From a plasmid: 64,000 nt of DNA. Below are positions 52,645 through 64,000 of this stretch, piece by piece; position 1 is the first letter of the stretch; each line of letters begins with the position of its first letter. The notes under the pieces were generated by a model. That model ran no database searches. It was not told where the DNA came from and worked only from the letters and a program-made list of their open reading frames with translations. The translations under genes were made by a program, and so were the position numbers. Location of the stretch: the sequence record NZ_CP118992.1. One strand, 5' to 3'.

Positions 52645-55600
52645 TTAAGCAACGTTTTCTGCCTCTGACGCCTCTTTTAATGGTCTCAGATGTCCTTTGG
52701 TCACCAGTTCTGCCAGCGTGAAGGAATAATGGCCGAGCATATTGATATGTCCGTGGCAAAGCGGGGAGAGGCGTGCGATATCTTCATCATTCAGTGTTTC
52801 ACCCTGCGCCCGGAGATGATCCAGGGCTGCCTGCATATAAATAGTGTTCCATAACACGACGGCGTTAGTGACCAGCCCCAGTGCGCCCAGTTGATCTTCC
52901 TGACCGTCGGTATATCGTTTTCTTATCTCACCTTTTTGACCGTGACAGATGGCTCTGGCAACGGCATGGCGACTTTCTCCCCGATTAAGCTGGGTCAGAA
53001 TGCGCCGGCGGTAATCTTCATCATCAATATAATTAAGCAGATACAGCGTTTTGTTGATGCGCCCCACTTCAATGATTGCCTGAGTCAGTCCGGAAGGACG
53101 TTCACTTTTCAGCAATGAACGGACCAGCACTGAAGCCTGTACTTTGCCCAGCTTCAGGGAGCCAGCGGTCCGGATCATTTCGTCCCACTGAAGGACTATT
53201 TTTCGGGGATCTGATTGCCCTCTGGCAATATCATTCAGCACGCCATAGTCGGCATCATGGTCCATTCGCCAGAAAACCGAAGCACCGGCATCAGCCAGGC
53301 GTGGAGAAAACTGGTATCCCAGCAGCCAGAAAAGGCCAAAGACAAGTTCGCTGGCACCTGCTGTATCGGTCATAATTTCGGTTGGATTCAGCCCGGTCTC
53401 CTGTTCCAGAAGACCTTCCAGCACAAAGATAGAGTCCCTCAGCGTCCCCGGTATAACGATGCCATGAAAGCCGGAATACTGATCGGACACAAAGTTGTAC
53501 CAGGTGATCCCTCTGTTATTACCAAAGTATTTGCGGTTCGGTCCGGCATTGATTGTTCTGACTGGCGTAACAAAGCGCATTCCATCTGCAGATGCCACTT
53601 CTCCTCCACCCCATATCTGTGCCAGTGGCAGCGTTGCCTGAAAATCAACCAGTCTGGCATTAGCGCTGGTGATAGTTTCAGCCCGCAGATAGTTCGCTTT
53701 TGTCCAGTTCAGCCGGTGTCGGGTCAGTGCAGGAACATTTGATCTGATCAGTGGTTCCAGACCGATATTGCAGGCTTCAGCCATCAGCACGGCGCTGATG
53801 CTGACGGGCAGATCATCAACTCTGGCACTGGCTTCACTAGCATGGAAAAACTCATCAGCAAATCCGGTATGGGCGTTAATTTCGAGCAGCAACTCCGTTA
53901 AATCCACCGGAGGGAGTAGATCACTGATCATTTTGCTCAGTCGTTTCAGACTGTCCGGCTCATCAAGACTGGCGAGGGGAGAAATTGTCAACCGGGGCTT
54001 CGGGCCAGAAACATCGAGTTCGACAGCCTCATTTTCGCAAAGACGTGCAGCAACCTGTCTGTAACGACTATCAAGCTGATGACCCAGAGATTTTATTGCT
54101 TCCTGCGGGTCTGTCGGGTGCCCCAAAGAACGATAAACCTTAATCCGGTTTGCCTGCCAGTCAGCACCCTGTAGTAATCTTGCACGAGGATCTCCCCACC
54201 GGTTACTGCCGGTAACGTAGACATCCCTCCGCCTCAGACTATCCTGCAGTTTACTGAGAAAGCAGAGCGTGTATCCCCTGCGGGTGATATGTTTTTCCTT
54301 GTTAATCACCAGCCGTTTCCATGACCGACTGATAATTTCCGTTGGTGCGTCGTCAAAAAACTGCCGCCGTGAGCTGAACTCCCGGCTGAGGTAGTCACAG
54401 GCATTCAGAGTGGTAACCCCGGCAGGTGCGGATGAAAATTTAACGGTATTCAGCAGATGGGGCAGGAAACGACGAACGCGCCCGTACTGCTCCACCATTT
54501 CTTCATGAAAATTATCGTCTGAGGGCCGGGCAATTTCACGGACAAGCGTGATGATTTCAGCCAGCTTTTGCCTTGGGATGTAGCTGAACACCTCAGCACG
54601 AATCGATTCGTCCGGTGTTTCTTCTTTCAGCAGGTACGAACATGCGCTGGCGAGCGCCAATGCAGATTTATCCAGATCCTTCAGCGAGCGGAGCCGTTTT
54701 TTCTGCCCAATCTTTCTGGCGTCACGGATGATAACGGCCAGCATGGCGTCCAGAACGTCCAATGCATCATCCAGCGCCAGCGTTTCCCATGCAAGGACAA
54801 AGGCAACCAGAACCGCCATCCTTTTCTGCGGTGACATCCTGGCAATATTGAACACCGAAGTCATACCAGCATAACGTGCGAGATTTTTCAGGCGCACAGC
54901 CGGGAGTGTACTCAGGTTTTCAGCATGCAGGCCAAAATCGTTCAGAGTTTTCCAGCGTTCAATTGCTTCATTAAACGCCGGACCACTGATGGTCACAGGG
55001 CCCTTTTTCAGTGATTCCAGTAAAGACAGGCGGCTGCAATCAGTTGGCCCCAGCAGCATCTCCAGCTGTGAACGCTGTTCGGCTGACGGTATCAGTGCCA
55101 GTTTGTTCCACAGGCGCAACGTCGCCTTTTCCCTTACCTCTGAAATCAACCGGGTCAGCGTAGTGGCTCCGGGGAGAATAATACGATGTTGCATAAGCCA
55201 CCCTGTCGCCAGATCGAAAAGCAGGCCAGGACGTTCGTTGCTTATCCAGCTCCGGGTATATAAAAGACGGGTAAGGCGAAATGTCCAGGGCCAGGCAAAT
55301 TCACGATACTGATAGTGCTGACGTATCAGCGCTGCATGCTCACGGCGGGTATTTTCCCTCTGACCGTATTCTGCAAGAACGGTGATATCACGAATCCCGA
55401 GCTGTCTGGCGGTAAAATGCCGGACGCCGGAAGGAATATGATTCATATCGGTGAGGAAGGTGCCCAGAAAACGGACACATCCAATTTGCAGGGCAATGCC
55501 CAGACGGTTGTGATCACCTCTGCTTTTTCCGATAAATTCCTTGTCTGCTTCATCAAGGTGAAAATATCGTGCCAGCTGAAGCTCATCCGGTTCACCGGTG

Positions 55601-55650
55601 AATCTGCCATAGCTTTCAGTCTGCTCAGTGGTCAGAAAGTCAACGGGCAT
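52645..55650 (-). CDS. tnpA: Tn3 transposase (1001 aa)
   Basis: Starts MPVDFLTTEQTESYGRFTGEPDELQLARYFHLDEADKEFIG..., canonical Tn3 TnpA. Stop inside the IR. Confidence 0.95.
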   Translation of the reverse strand: MPVDFLTTEQTESYGRFTGEPDELQLARYFHLDEADKEFIGKSRGDHNRLGIALQIGCVRFLGTFLTDMNHIPSGVRHFTARQLGIRDITVLAEYGQRENTRREHAALIRQHYQYREFAWPWTFRLTRLLYTRSWISNERPGLLFDLATGWLMQHRIILPGATTLTRLISEVREKATLRLWNKLALIPSAEQRSQLEMLLGPTDCSRLSLLESLKKGPVTISGPAFNEAIERWKTLNDFGLHAENLSTLPAVRLKNLARYAGMTSVFNIARMSPQKRMAVLVAFVLAWETLALDDALDVLDAMLAVIIRDARKIGQKKRLRSLKDLDKSALALASACSYLLKEETPDESIRAEVFSYIPRQKLAEIITLVREIARPSDDNFHEEMVEQYGRVRRFLPHLLNTVKFSSAPAGVTTLNACDYLSREFSSRRQFFDDAPTEIISRSWKRLVINKEKHITRRGYTLCFLSKLQDSLRRRDVYVTGSNRWGDPRARLLQGADWQANRIKVYRSLGHPTDPQEAIKSLGHQLDSRYRQVAARLCENEAVELDVSGPKPRLTISPLASLDEPDSLKRLSKMISDLLPPVDLTELLLEINAHTGFADEFFHASEASARVDDLPVSISAVLMAEACNIGLEPLIRSNVPALTRHRLNWTKANYLRAETITSANARLVDFQATLPLAQIWGGGEVASADGMRFVTPVRTINAGPNRKYFGNNRGITWYNFVSDQYSGFHGIVIPGTLRDSIFVLEGLLEQETGLNPTEIMTDTAGASELVFGLFWLLGYQFSPRLADAGASVFWRMDHDADYGVLNDIARGQSDPRKIVLQWDEMIRTAGSLKLGKVQASVLVRSLLKSERPSGLTQAIIEVGRINKTLYLLNYIDDEDYRRRILTQLNRGESRHAVARAICHGQKGEIRKRYTDGQEDQLGALGLVTNAVVLWNTIYMQAALDHLRAQGETLNDEDIARLSPLCHGHINMLGHYSFTLAELVTKGHLRPLKEASEAENVA

Positions 55651-55711
55651 ATCGGCCTCCCTGCCTGACGGGCATTTAGTAACATTTTTGCAACCGTACG
55701 AAATGTTATAA

Positions 55712-56371
<660 letters not shown>

Positions 56372-56541
56372 TACGCCTATTTTTATAGGTTAATGTCATG
56401 ATAATAATGGTTTCTTAGACGTCAGGTGGCACTTTTCGGGGAAATGTGCGCGGAACCCCTATTTGTTTATTTTTCTAAATACATTCAAATATGTATCCGC
56501 TCATGAGACAATAACCCTGATAAATGCTTCAATAATATTGA

Positions 56542-58501
<1,960 letters not shown>

Positions 58502-59915
58502 TAACTGTCAGACCAAGTTTACTCATATATACTTTAGATTGATTTAAAACTTCATTTTTAATTTAAAAGGATCTAGGTGAAGATCCTTTTTGATAATCTC
58601 ATGACCAAAATCCCTTAACGTGAGTTTTCGTTCCACTGAGCGTCAGACCCCGATCTCGACAGAGGTTTGGACGTTGTAGCCGACCATGCCAGTACCGCGG
58701 CCACTGGTGGCCATCGAGCGAGCATCCGGGTCGGTTTGTGACAGTTGCTGATCCGGTTGCTGTTTCAATTGTTGCTCAATGTCCCGCAGGTAGTGCATCT
58801 GTTTCCTGAGCTTGTCCAGCTTCTCTTGCAAGTGCGCGGTTCTCGCTTCAAGATCAGCCGGTTGCGTCCGGTCGGCCGTGTCCAGGGCATTCAGATAGCG
58901 CTCGATGCTTTCATCAATCTGCTTCATCCGCTGTTCGAGTTTGTGCGGCGTGAAGTTCTTGTCCCGGTTATTGACGGCTTTGAATTTGCTGCCATCGATG
59001 GCCACGACCGCTTGGCTGAACAGGTTGAGTTGGCGACAGAGGGCCACAAACCGCTTGCACACGTTACGGATGCCTTTGCCGTTGTCGTGACGGAAGTCGG
59101 CAATGGTCTTGAAGTCCGGAGACAGATGTCCCGTGAGCCACATCAATTCAACATTGCGCTGCGTTTCGCGCTCCAGGCGCCGGCTCGATTGAATTCGGTT
59201 CAGGTAACCATAGATGTAGATCTTCAGCAACAGCGCGGGATGGTAACCCGGCCGTCCCGTCGCCGCAGCGACCGTACCGTCAAATCCCAGTTCGACCAGA
59301 TCAAGTTCGTCGACAAACAAATCAATGACGCGCACGGGATTGTCAGTGTCGATATAGTCGTCCAGGCAGGCTGGCATCAAGGTGATCTGGTTTCGACTTT
59401 CGCCTTCAATGAATCGCTTCATCCCCAGCCTCCGCATCTATGTCTTATGCATAGACCACAGAGCGCAATCAGAGTTCACTCGTTTTCACACGGCCTCGGT
59501 CGGGTCCTGCCCGTTGGCCACGAAAACCGAATGGCAGCAATCCGGCCTTAAGCAGGCATAAACTGACGGTGTTACATTCTGCTGACTTTGGTCAAGAGCA
59601 CCGACCCTGATATCCACGTCGGCGGGGGCACTCTCTGAGCCCTAGATTTGGCGTGGCGGAATTTTCGGCGGTTTGGGCTTACACCCCCTATCAGGAACTT
59701 GTTCGCACCTTCCCTAGCCAAGTCGGGGCGGCCAATCCTGGCTCTTGATGGATGTCCTCTTGAGTGTGTAAAGAATTGCTTAGCCGTACATAATGTTGTT
59801 CCAGCTCAACATATAATGCTAAATGAGCTGGGAGTTAAAAAGCGTCAACAAACAGATTTTGATCTTGATGAGGCAAACGCGGCGTTTTTCAAGATAGTTG
59901 TCGCGCAAAGCTGTT

Positions 59916-61020
59916 TTAAGCAGCCTCTTTCTGCTCCGGCTCGGGTTTCTCGGGCCGCTCCGGATTTAGCATCACGGCACCGATAGGTGTCCAGTCTCGC
60001 GTCTTGCCACTCCACCTCGCTGGGTGTTGTGCTCGGGCGGCCTGGTACACAGCATCCCGTTTCGCCAGCAGGGCTTTATCGTCACCCCGATGCCGCTCGT
60101 TGGGTGTGACGAAGCGGATACGGCTATGCCGGTGCTCTTCGTTATACCAGGCCATAAAGTCGCGCACCCACTCCCTGGCCGCTTCCAGACTGGCAAAGCC
60201 GTCTGATGGCCACTGCGGACAGTACTTCAGCGTCCTGAACAATGACTCCGAGTACGGATTATCGTTGCTGACCCGAGGCCGTCCCCGCGAGGGCGTGACA
60301 CCCAGGTCATGCATCTTGGTCAGCAGCGTGACTGACTTCATTGGCGCGCCGTTGTCCGAGTGCAAGACCAGCGGCTGCTTCCAGCACTGCTCGCGGATGA
60401 TGCTCCGTTGCAGCAACGCCGCCGCCCGTTCACCGCACTCTTGCTCATGCACTTCCCAGCCCACCCCTTTGCGGCTGTAGATGTCCTCTATCAGATAGAG
60501 GTAGTAATACTGGCCGCGCACGAGTGACGGCAAGTAGGTGATATCCCAGGACCACACTTGATTGGGCCCAGTCGCGGTATGGCTGGTTGGTACCGGCACA
60601 TGACGCGGTGGCTGGCTCCGGCCACGCCTGTGCTGCTGGTCAGCCGCCCGCAAGATGCGATAGAAGCTCGACTCACTGGCCAAGTAGCGCCCCTGGTCGG
60701 CCAGCCGTGGCACAATTTGACTCGGCGGCAACGAGGCGAACTCCTGGCTATTGCAGACGTCCAGCACGGCCTGCCGCTCCTCTGGGCTCAATGCATGAGC
60801 AGGTATGGAACGAACCGCATCCGGTCGCCTATCGGCACTCAGCTCAGGGCCGGCCAACCAGCGCTGGAGCGTGCGCAGACTCAGCCCCAACACCTCGGCC
60901 GCAGGATGCTTGCGGGCGCCAGCTTCAAGCGCTTCGCGCCACCATGCAACGTATTGCTGCCGCTCTGGCAACGAGGTCAGTTGTCCTCGTCGACGTTGCT
61001 CCAGTAGGCATCGAGCTTTT
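59916..61020 (-). CDS. IS3-family OrfB (DDE integrase core), expressed by -1 frameshift from orfA
   Basis: ...NQVWSWDITYLP...HSDNGAPMKS...NPYSESLFRTLK... Listed ORF 59916..61184 includes an out-of-frame upstream extension. Slippery AAAAAAAG near 61018. Confidence 0.8.
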
Positions 61021-61477
61021 TTTGCAATATCAGCAGAGCTGCCGCCTCGGCCAGGGCCTTGTCTTTGCGCCGCAGCTCTTGCTCCAGTTGCCGGATACGC
61101 TTCTTGTCCGCTTTGGCCTGTGCCTTCTCCGCCTGTTGTAAGGTACGAGCGGATTGCTGGCCCAGAATACAGGCTTGGCGCCATTGCTGGACTTGCTCGG
61201 GATAGAGACCCTTACGGCGGCAGTACTCACTGAGTTCAATCTCGGAAAGCGCAGCGGTTTCCAGCACGACGGCGAACTTGGCCTCGGCGGGCCATTCATC
61301 GGTCAGTTTGTTGTCCCCGGGCACAGGAGACCCTCCGTCTTTGGCGTGTTTGCGCCAATTATACAGAGTGACCTCGCTGATGTTTTCCTGCCGAGCCAAC
61401 TCGGCCACCGACATATTGATGGGCGGCAGCAGCTTCTTGAGCAAAGCAGCCTTGCGCTCACTTGAATAACGAGCCAT
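60977..61477 (-). CDS. IS3-family OrfA (HTH plus leucine zipper)
   Basis: MARYSSERKAALLKKLLPPINMSVAELARQENISEVTLYNWRKH...LEQELRRKDKALAEAAALLILQKK. Confidence 0.85.
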   Translation of the reverse strand: MARYSSERKAALLKKLLPPINMSVAELARQENISEVTLYNWRKHAKDGGSPVPGDNKLTDEWPAEAKFAVVLETAALSEIELSEYCRRKGLYPEQVQQWRQACILGQQSARTLQQAEKAQAKADKKRIRQLEQELRRKDKALAEAAALLILQKKLDAYWSNVDEDN

Positions 61478-61681
61478 TCGACACTCTTTATCCGCCCCCG
61501 GTCTTCACATTTAGATTATTCAGATTAGGCGACAACTATTCTGACACCGGGGGAACGCACTACTCATAAAAATCGCAGAAATAGCTCATTCCTTGCCAAT
61601 AATGGAAACGGCGGGCTCGGGGACACCCATCAATTGAGGTTGGCCGCCGAGGCTGGGTGTCCTTTTCGTGGGTAATAGCTA

Positions 61682-61933
61682 CAGACGATGCAGGGCGCAG
61701 ATCTTGTTGCCGGCGGGATCCAGCAGATAGGCCAGATAGAGGTCGCCTATGGTGCCCTGACGCACGCCGGGCGGATTTTCGCAGCTCACTCCGCCATTGG
61801 CGATACCGGCGGCATGCCAGGCCTCCACCTCCCCCCCGGCACTCTTGGCATTAAAGCCTATGGTGCTGCCATTGCCCTTGCAGGCTGCGTTACCGTCTAT
61901 GGGTTTGGTGATGGCAAAGACGCCGGTAGAGGT
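61682..61933 (-). pseudogene. C-terminal fragment of a VOC/glyoxalase-superfamily protein
   Basis: Minus-strand frame ...AITKPIDGNAACKGNGSTIGFNAKSAGGEVEAWHAAGIANGGVSCENPPGVRQGTIGDLYLAYLLDPAGNKICALHRL. No N-terminal part. Confidence 0.35.
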
Positions 61934-61934
61934 G

Positions 61935-61972
61935 TAATGCCAGTCAGTTAACGCTGACTGGCATTGTTTTTA
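61935..61972 (+). terminator. perfect 12-bp-stem hairpin with T-run
   Basis: AATGCCAGTCAG ttaacg CTGACTGGCATT gttttt. Confidence 0.4.
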
Positions 61973-62326
61973 TTAGGTTTTCTGATTGCATACTTCTTTG
62001 GCCTGGCTTTTACACATCGAGGGTAACTTCGCTCTCGTCTCGTCGGTAAGATGAACTGCTCTGCCTGCTTATCCAGCTCGGCCACCCTTGCCGGAACATT
62101 ACCCGGTGAAACAAACGGCAAACAACTGAGTTCTTGGATTAAATAGACCGAGGCCATATGAAAACTCAGCTGACTTGCAGTATAGCCCTTGATGGCTAAT
62201 AACATCATGTCGATCGGCCACATAAAAAGCCGCTAAAACACGCATAAATAAAGGGATTTATGGTTTTGCAGATGGACTATAGACCATAAAAATATTTATT
62301 TTTCGTTCCCTTCTTGTGATAGCTAG

Positions 62327-62371
62327 CTAGCTATCTTTATAATCTCGTTGTGTCTTGTGATAGCTAGCTAT
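62327..62371. promoter_or_regulatory. two palindromic sites GATAGCTAGCTAGCTATC (18-mer) and GATAGCTAGCTATC (14-mer), each preceded by CTTGT, upstream of parA2
   Basis: Read directly at 62327-62344 and 62358-62371, 27 bp upstream of the parA2 start. Confidence 0.55.
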
Positions 62372-62397
62372 CTAGCTCAACTCTGGAGGATGATGAC

Positions 62398-63030
62398 GTG
62401 ACGATCTTTGCTGTGGTCAATACCAAAGGCGGCGTGGGAAAGACCACGACCGCCGTCCATCTCGCCACGATGCTGGCCCGGCAGGGCAAGACCTTGCTGA
62501 TTGACGGCGACCCGCAGGCGAGTGCCGCGAGCTGGGCCGCGTGGCGGCGAGAGAATGAGGGATACACGCCCAGCCCGACGACGACATGCCTCGCGGGCAA
62601 AGCGATCCTGGCCGAAGGCAAGCAGCTTGCCAGCGGCTTCTCGCATGTTGTGGTGGATGCCGGTGGCCGCGACTCGGTGGGGTTGCGTTCCGCTTTGCTG
62701 CTCGCTCAACGCGCAGTTATCCCGATAGGTGCTTCCAACCTCGATGCCGCAGCTATGACCGATCTGCTGACAGTGGTCGAGCTGGCCCGTGACTACAACC
62801 CCGACCTCGATGTGCGCGTGTTGCTGACCCGCGTCGATCCGCGCACCAAGGACGCCGCTGAGATGCTGGAGTTTCTGGCCGAGCAGGAGCTGACTGTGCT
62901 GCCGACCAAGGTTTGCGAGCGCGTGGCTTTCCGTCGCGCCATCGGCGAAGGTGCGATCGTGCAGGAGCTGGGCAAGGATCAGGCTGCGATTGCGGAAATG
63001 GAAGCCTTCTTCAAGGAGGTGACGGAGTGA
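62398..63030 (+). CDS. parA: ParA-family partition ATPase (second locus)
   Basis: Walker A KGGVGKTT; 210 aa. About 40 percent identical to the first ParA. Confidence 0.9.
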   Translation: MTIFAVVNTKGGVGKTTTAVHLATMLARQGKTLLIDGDPQASAASWAAWRRENEGYTPSPTTTCLAGKAILAEGKQLASGFSHVVVDAGGRDSVGLRSALLLAQRAVIPIGASNLDAAAMTDLLTVVELARDYNPDLDVRVLLTRVDPRTKDAAEMLEFLAEQELTVLPTKVCERVAFRRAIGEGAIVQELGKDQAAIAEMEAFFKEVTE

Positions 63031-63332
63031 AGAAGATGCGCGGAAAACCTGACCTCACAGGCATTGCCACCCCACCGAAAGACCCGACTGCTTTTCTGGA
63101 AGGTGGAGCGGGGGATGTTGCTGACAAGGCACATCGGGATGCACCCAAGCCTGCGGCACATGCCGCAGATGAGCCTCCCGTGCCGACCGTGCAGAAGCTC
63201 TTTCGGATGCGGTGGGACATCGCCAAAGCCCTCAAGGACGCCGCAAGCGCGGAGTCAGTACCGGGCCATCGGGTGACGGAAACAGAGATCGTTGAGCGGT
63301 TGCTCAAGCAGCATTTCGGCATTGATAGCTAG
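63027..63332 (+). CDS. partition partner protein (ParG/ParB-like small DNA-binding protein)
   Basis: GTG 63027 preceded by an AAGGAGG RBS, overlapping the parA stop. 101 aa with a flexible Pro/Ala-rich N-terminus and C-terminal ...LFRMRWDIAKALKDAA...VTETEIVERLLKQHFG. Confidence 0.55.
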   Translation: MKKMRGKPDLTGIATPPKDPTAFLEGGAGDVADKAHRDAPKPAAHAADEPPVPTVQKLFRMRWDIAKALKDAASAESVPGHRVTETEIVERLLKQHFGIDS

Positions 63333-63349
63333 CTAGCTAGATAGCTATC
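63324..63349. promoter_or_regulatory. palindromic site GATAGCTAGCTAGCTAGATAGCTATC overlapping the partner-gene stop
   Basis: Read directly; same family as 62327. Confidence 0.5.
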
Positions 63350-63435
63350 TAATTCAACTTGATGCGCTCAATATGGACTCTGATCCATGTCGATATTGAA
63401 TATATTGCGTTTATGTCTATTGGAGTGTATAAACC

Positions 63436-63738
63436 GTGGCTATGACAGAAAAACGGGTAACAGTGACTGTCCCCATTGTTCGTGAGCTGGCAAGCGCAGG
63501 TGCTATTGAGTCTGTGGTTGTCCGTATGGATGAAGCCGGTCAAGGGTTGATCGCGGTTATCCGCACGGCTGCTGGGGAGCGGATTTTTAGCGCGGCTCGG
63601 ACTGGGGTTCGTTACTTCCAGTCCGTGGATGGCGCTATCTCTGCTTTGCAGGTCTGTGGTCTGAGCAAGTTTGAAGTAGACGCTAATGGCTGGGTGCCAC
63701 GCACGAAGCGGGGCAAGCAGACAGAGCTGGATATTTGA
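63436..63738 (+). CDS. small conserved hypothetical protein, paralog C (distant member of the 13505/42781 family)
   Basis: ...VVVRMDEAGQGLIAVIRTAAGE...RYFQSVDGAISALQVCGLSKFEVDANGW shares the RVFRKLDTL...G..RFEIDAAGF architecture. Confidence 0.5.
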   Translation: MAMTEKRVTVTVPIVRELASAGAIESVVVRMDEAGQGLIAVIRTAAGERIFSAARTGVRYFQSVDGAISALQVCGLSKFEVDANGWVPRTKRGKQTELDI

Positions 63739-63814
63739 TTGTTCCCCGTACAACGGGGATGAACCGGAGTTGGCTATCGAGTAGCACCAGAGACAAGGCA
63801 CCGAAAAAGCAAAA

Positions 63815-63838
63815 GCCCCGTTGGCGCGGGGCTTTGTG
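63815..63838 (+). terminator. GC hairpin plus T-run after paralog C
   Basis: gccccg ttggcg cggggc tttgtg. Confidence 0.35.
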
Positions 63839-64000
63839 CAAAGTTTCGGGGGGCTTGGATACGTAGAAACAAAGCCGGAGGGGCAATCGACTTGGCGGTC
63901 GGTGTCTCACCCGAGGGAACCATCACAGGCCCTCATTCTACGTCCCAACCCCCCGGTAGGCAAGTTTTTGCCCGCGTTTTTGCGCGGGCAGCGGAGGGGT

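Larger units (their letters stand above)
59885..61545 (-). mobile_element. IS3-family insertion sequence
   Basis: Imperfect IRs TGTCAGAATAGTTGTCGCC (61527-61545 reverse complement) and TTCAAGATAGTTGTCGCGC (59885-). orfA and orfB with an A7G slippery site at ~61014-61022. Confidence 0.7.

Noticed and set aside
61948-62223. 91-aa minus-strand ORF upstream of par2
   Set aside because: It reads across a terminator hairpin and a truncated VOC-family fragment. No coding signal beyond being open.

Overview
The window looks like part of a high-GC proteobacterial plasmid or integrative element. Backbone genes are heavily overwritten by mobile DNA; at least ten IS/Tn families are present.

Backbone features:
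- An RP4 TraI-like MOBP relaxase at 125-2338.
- An AbiTii-like abortive-infection gene, frameshifted at a T8 run.
- Two ParA-type partition loci.
- ccdAB and higBA-like toxin-antitoxin pairs, plus a yafQ-like orphan toxin with a second truncated copy.
- Two plasmid replication-initiator genes, both cut off at their 3' ends by transposon inverted repeats (IRs).
- A non-coding stretch (3345-4290) with iteron-like direct repeats.
- A periplasmic sugar-binding protein paired with a GGDEF-EAL-hemerythrin c-di-GMP sensor.

The most striking structure is a novel ~8.7 kb Tn3-family transposon. It carries a methyl-accepting chemoreceptor, a KilA-N protein and an IS1182-like IS as cargo, alongside tnpR and tnpA. 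It is present in two inverted copies (18265-26949 and 44958-59698) bracketing an ~18 kb segment. Neither copy has matching target-site duplications (TSDs). The second copy is itself hit by a Tn1/2/3-type blaTEM transposon (TSD GATCT), whose bla gene is in turn split by an IS30-family element.

The central segment contains:
- a NIT-sensor chemoreceptor fused at its 3' end to transposon IR sequence;
- an orphan resolvase with a res-like site;
- two IS4-like copies flanking a lysR-ydhR cargo;
- a tandem triplication of a single-ORF IS66-like element (1699-bp period);
- IS5, IS903 and IS200/IS605 elements.

Other repeats of note:
- A palindromic GATAGCTA(G/T)...TAGCTATC motif family recurs at seven sites, bracketing the relaxase/AbiTii module and the second par locus.
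- TTAATATTAA palindromes flank parA1.
- A ~90-aa protein family is present in three diverged copies.

No rRNA, tRNA or CRISPR features were found.
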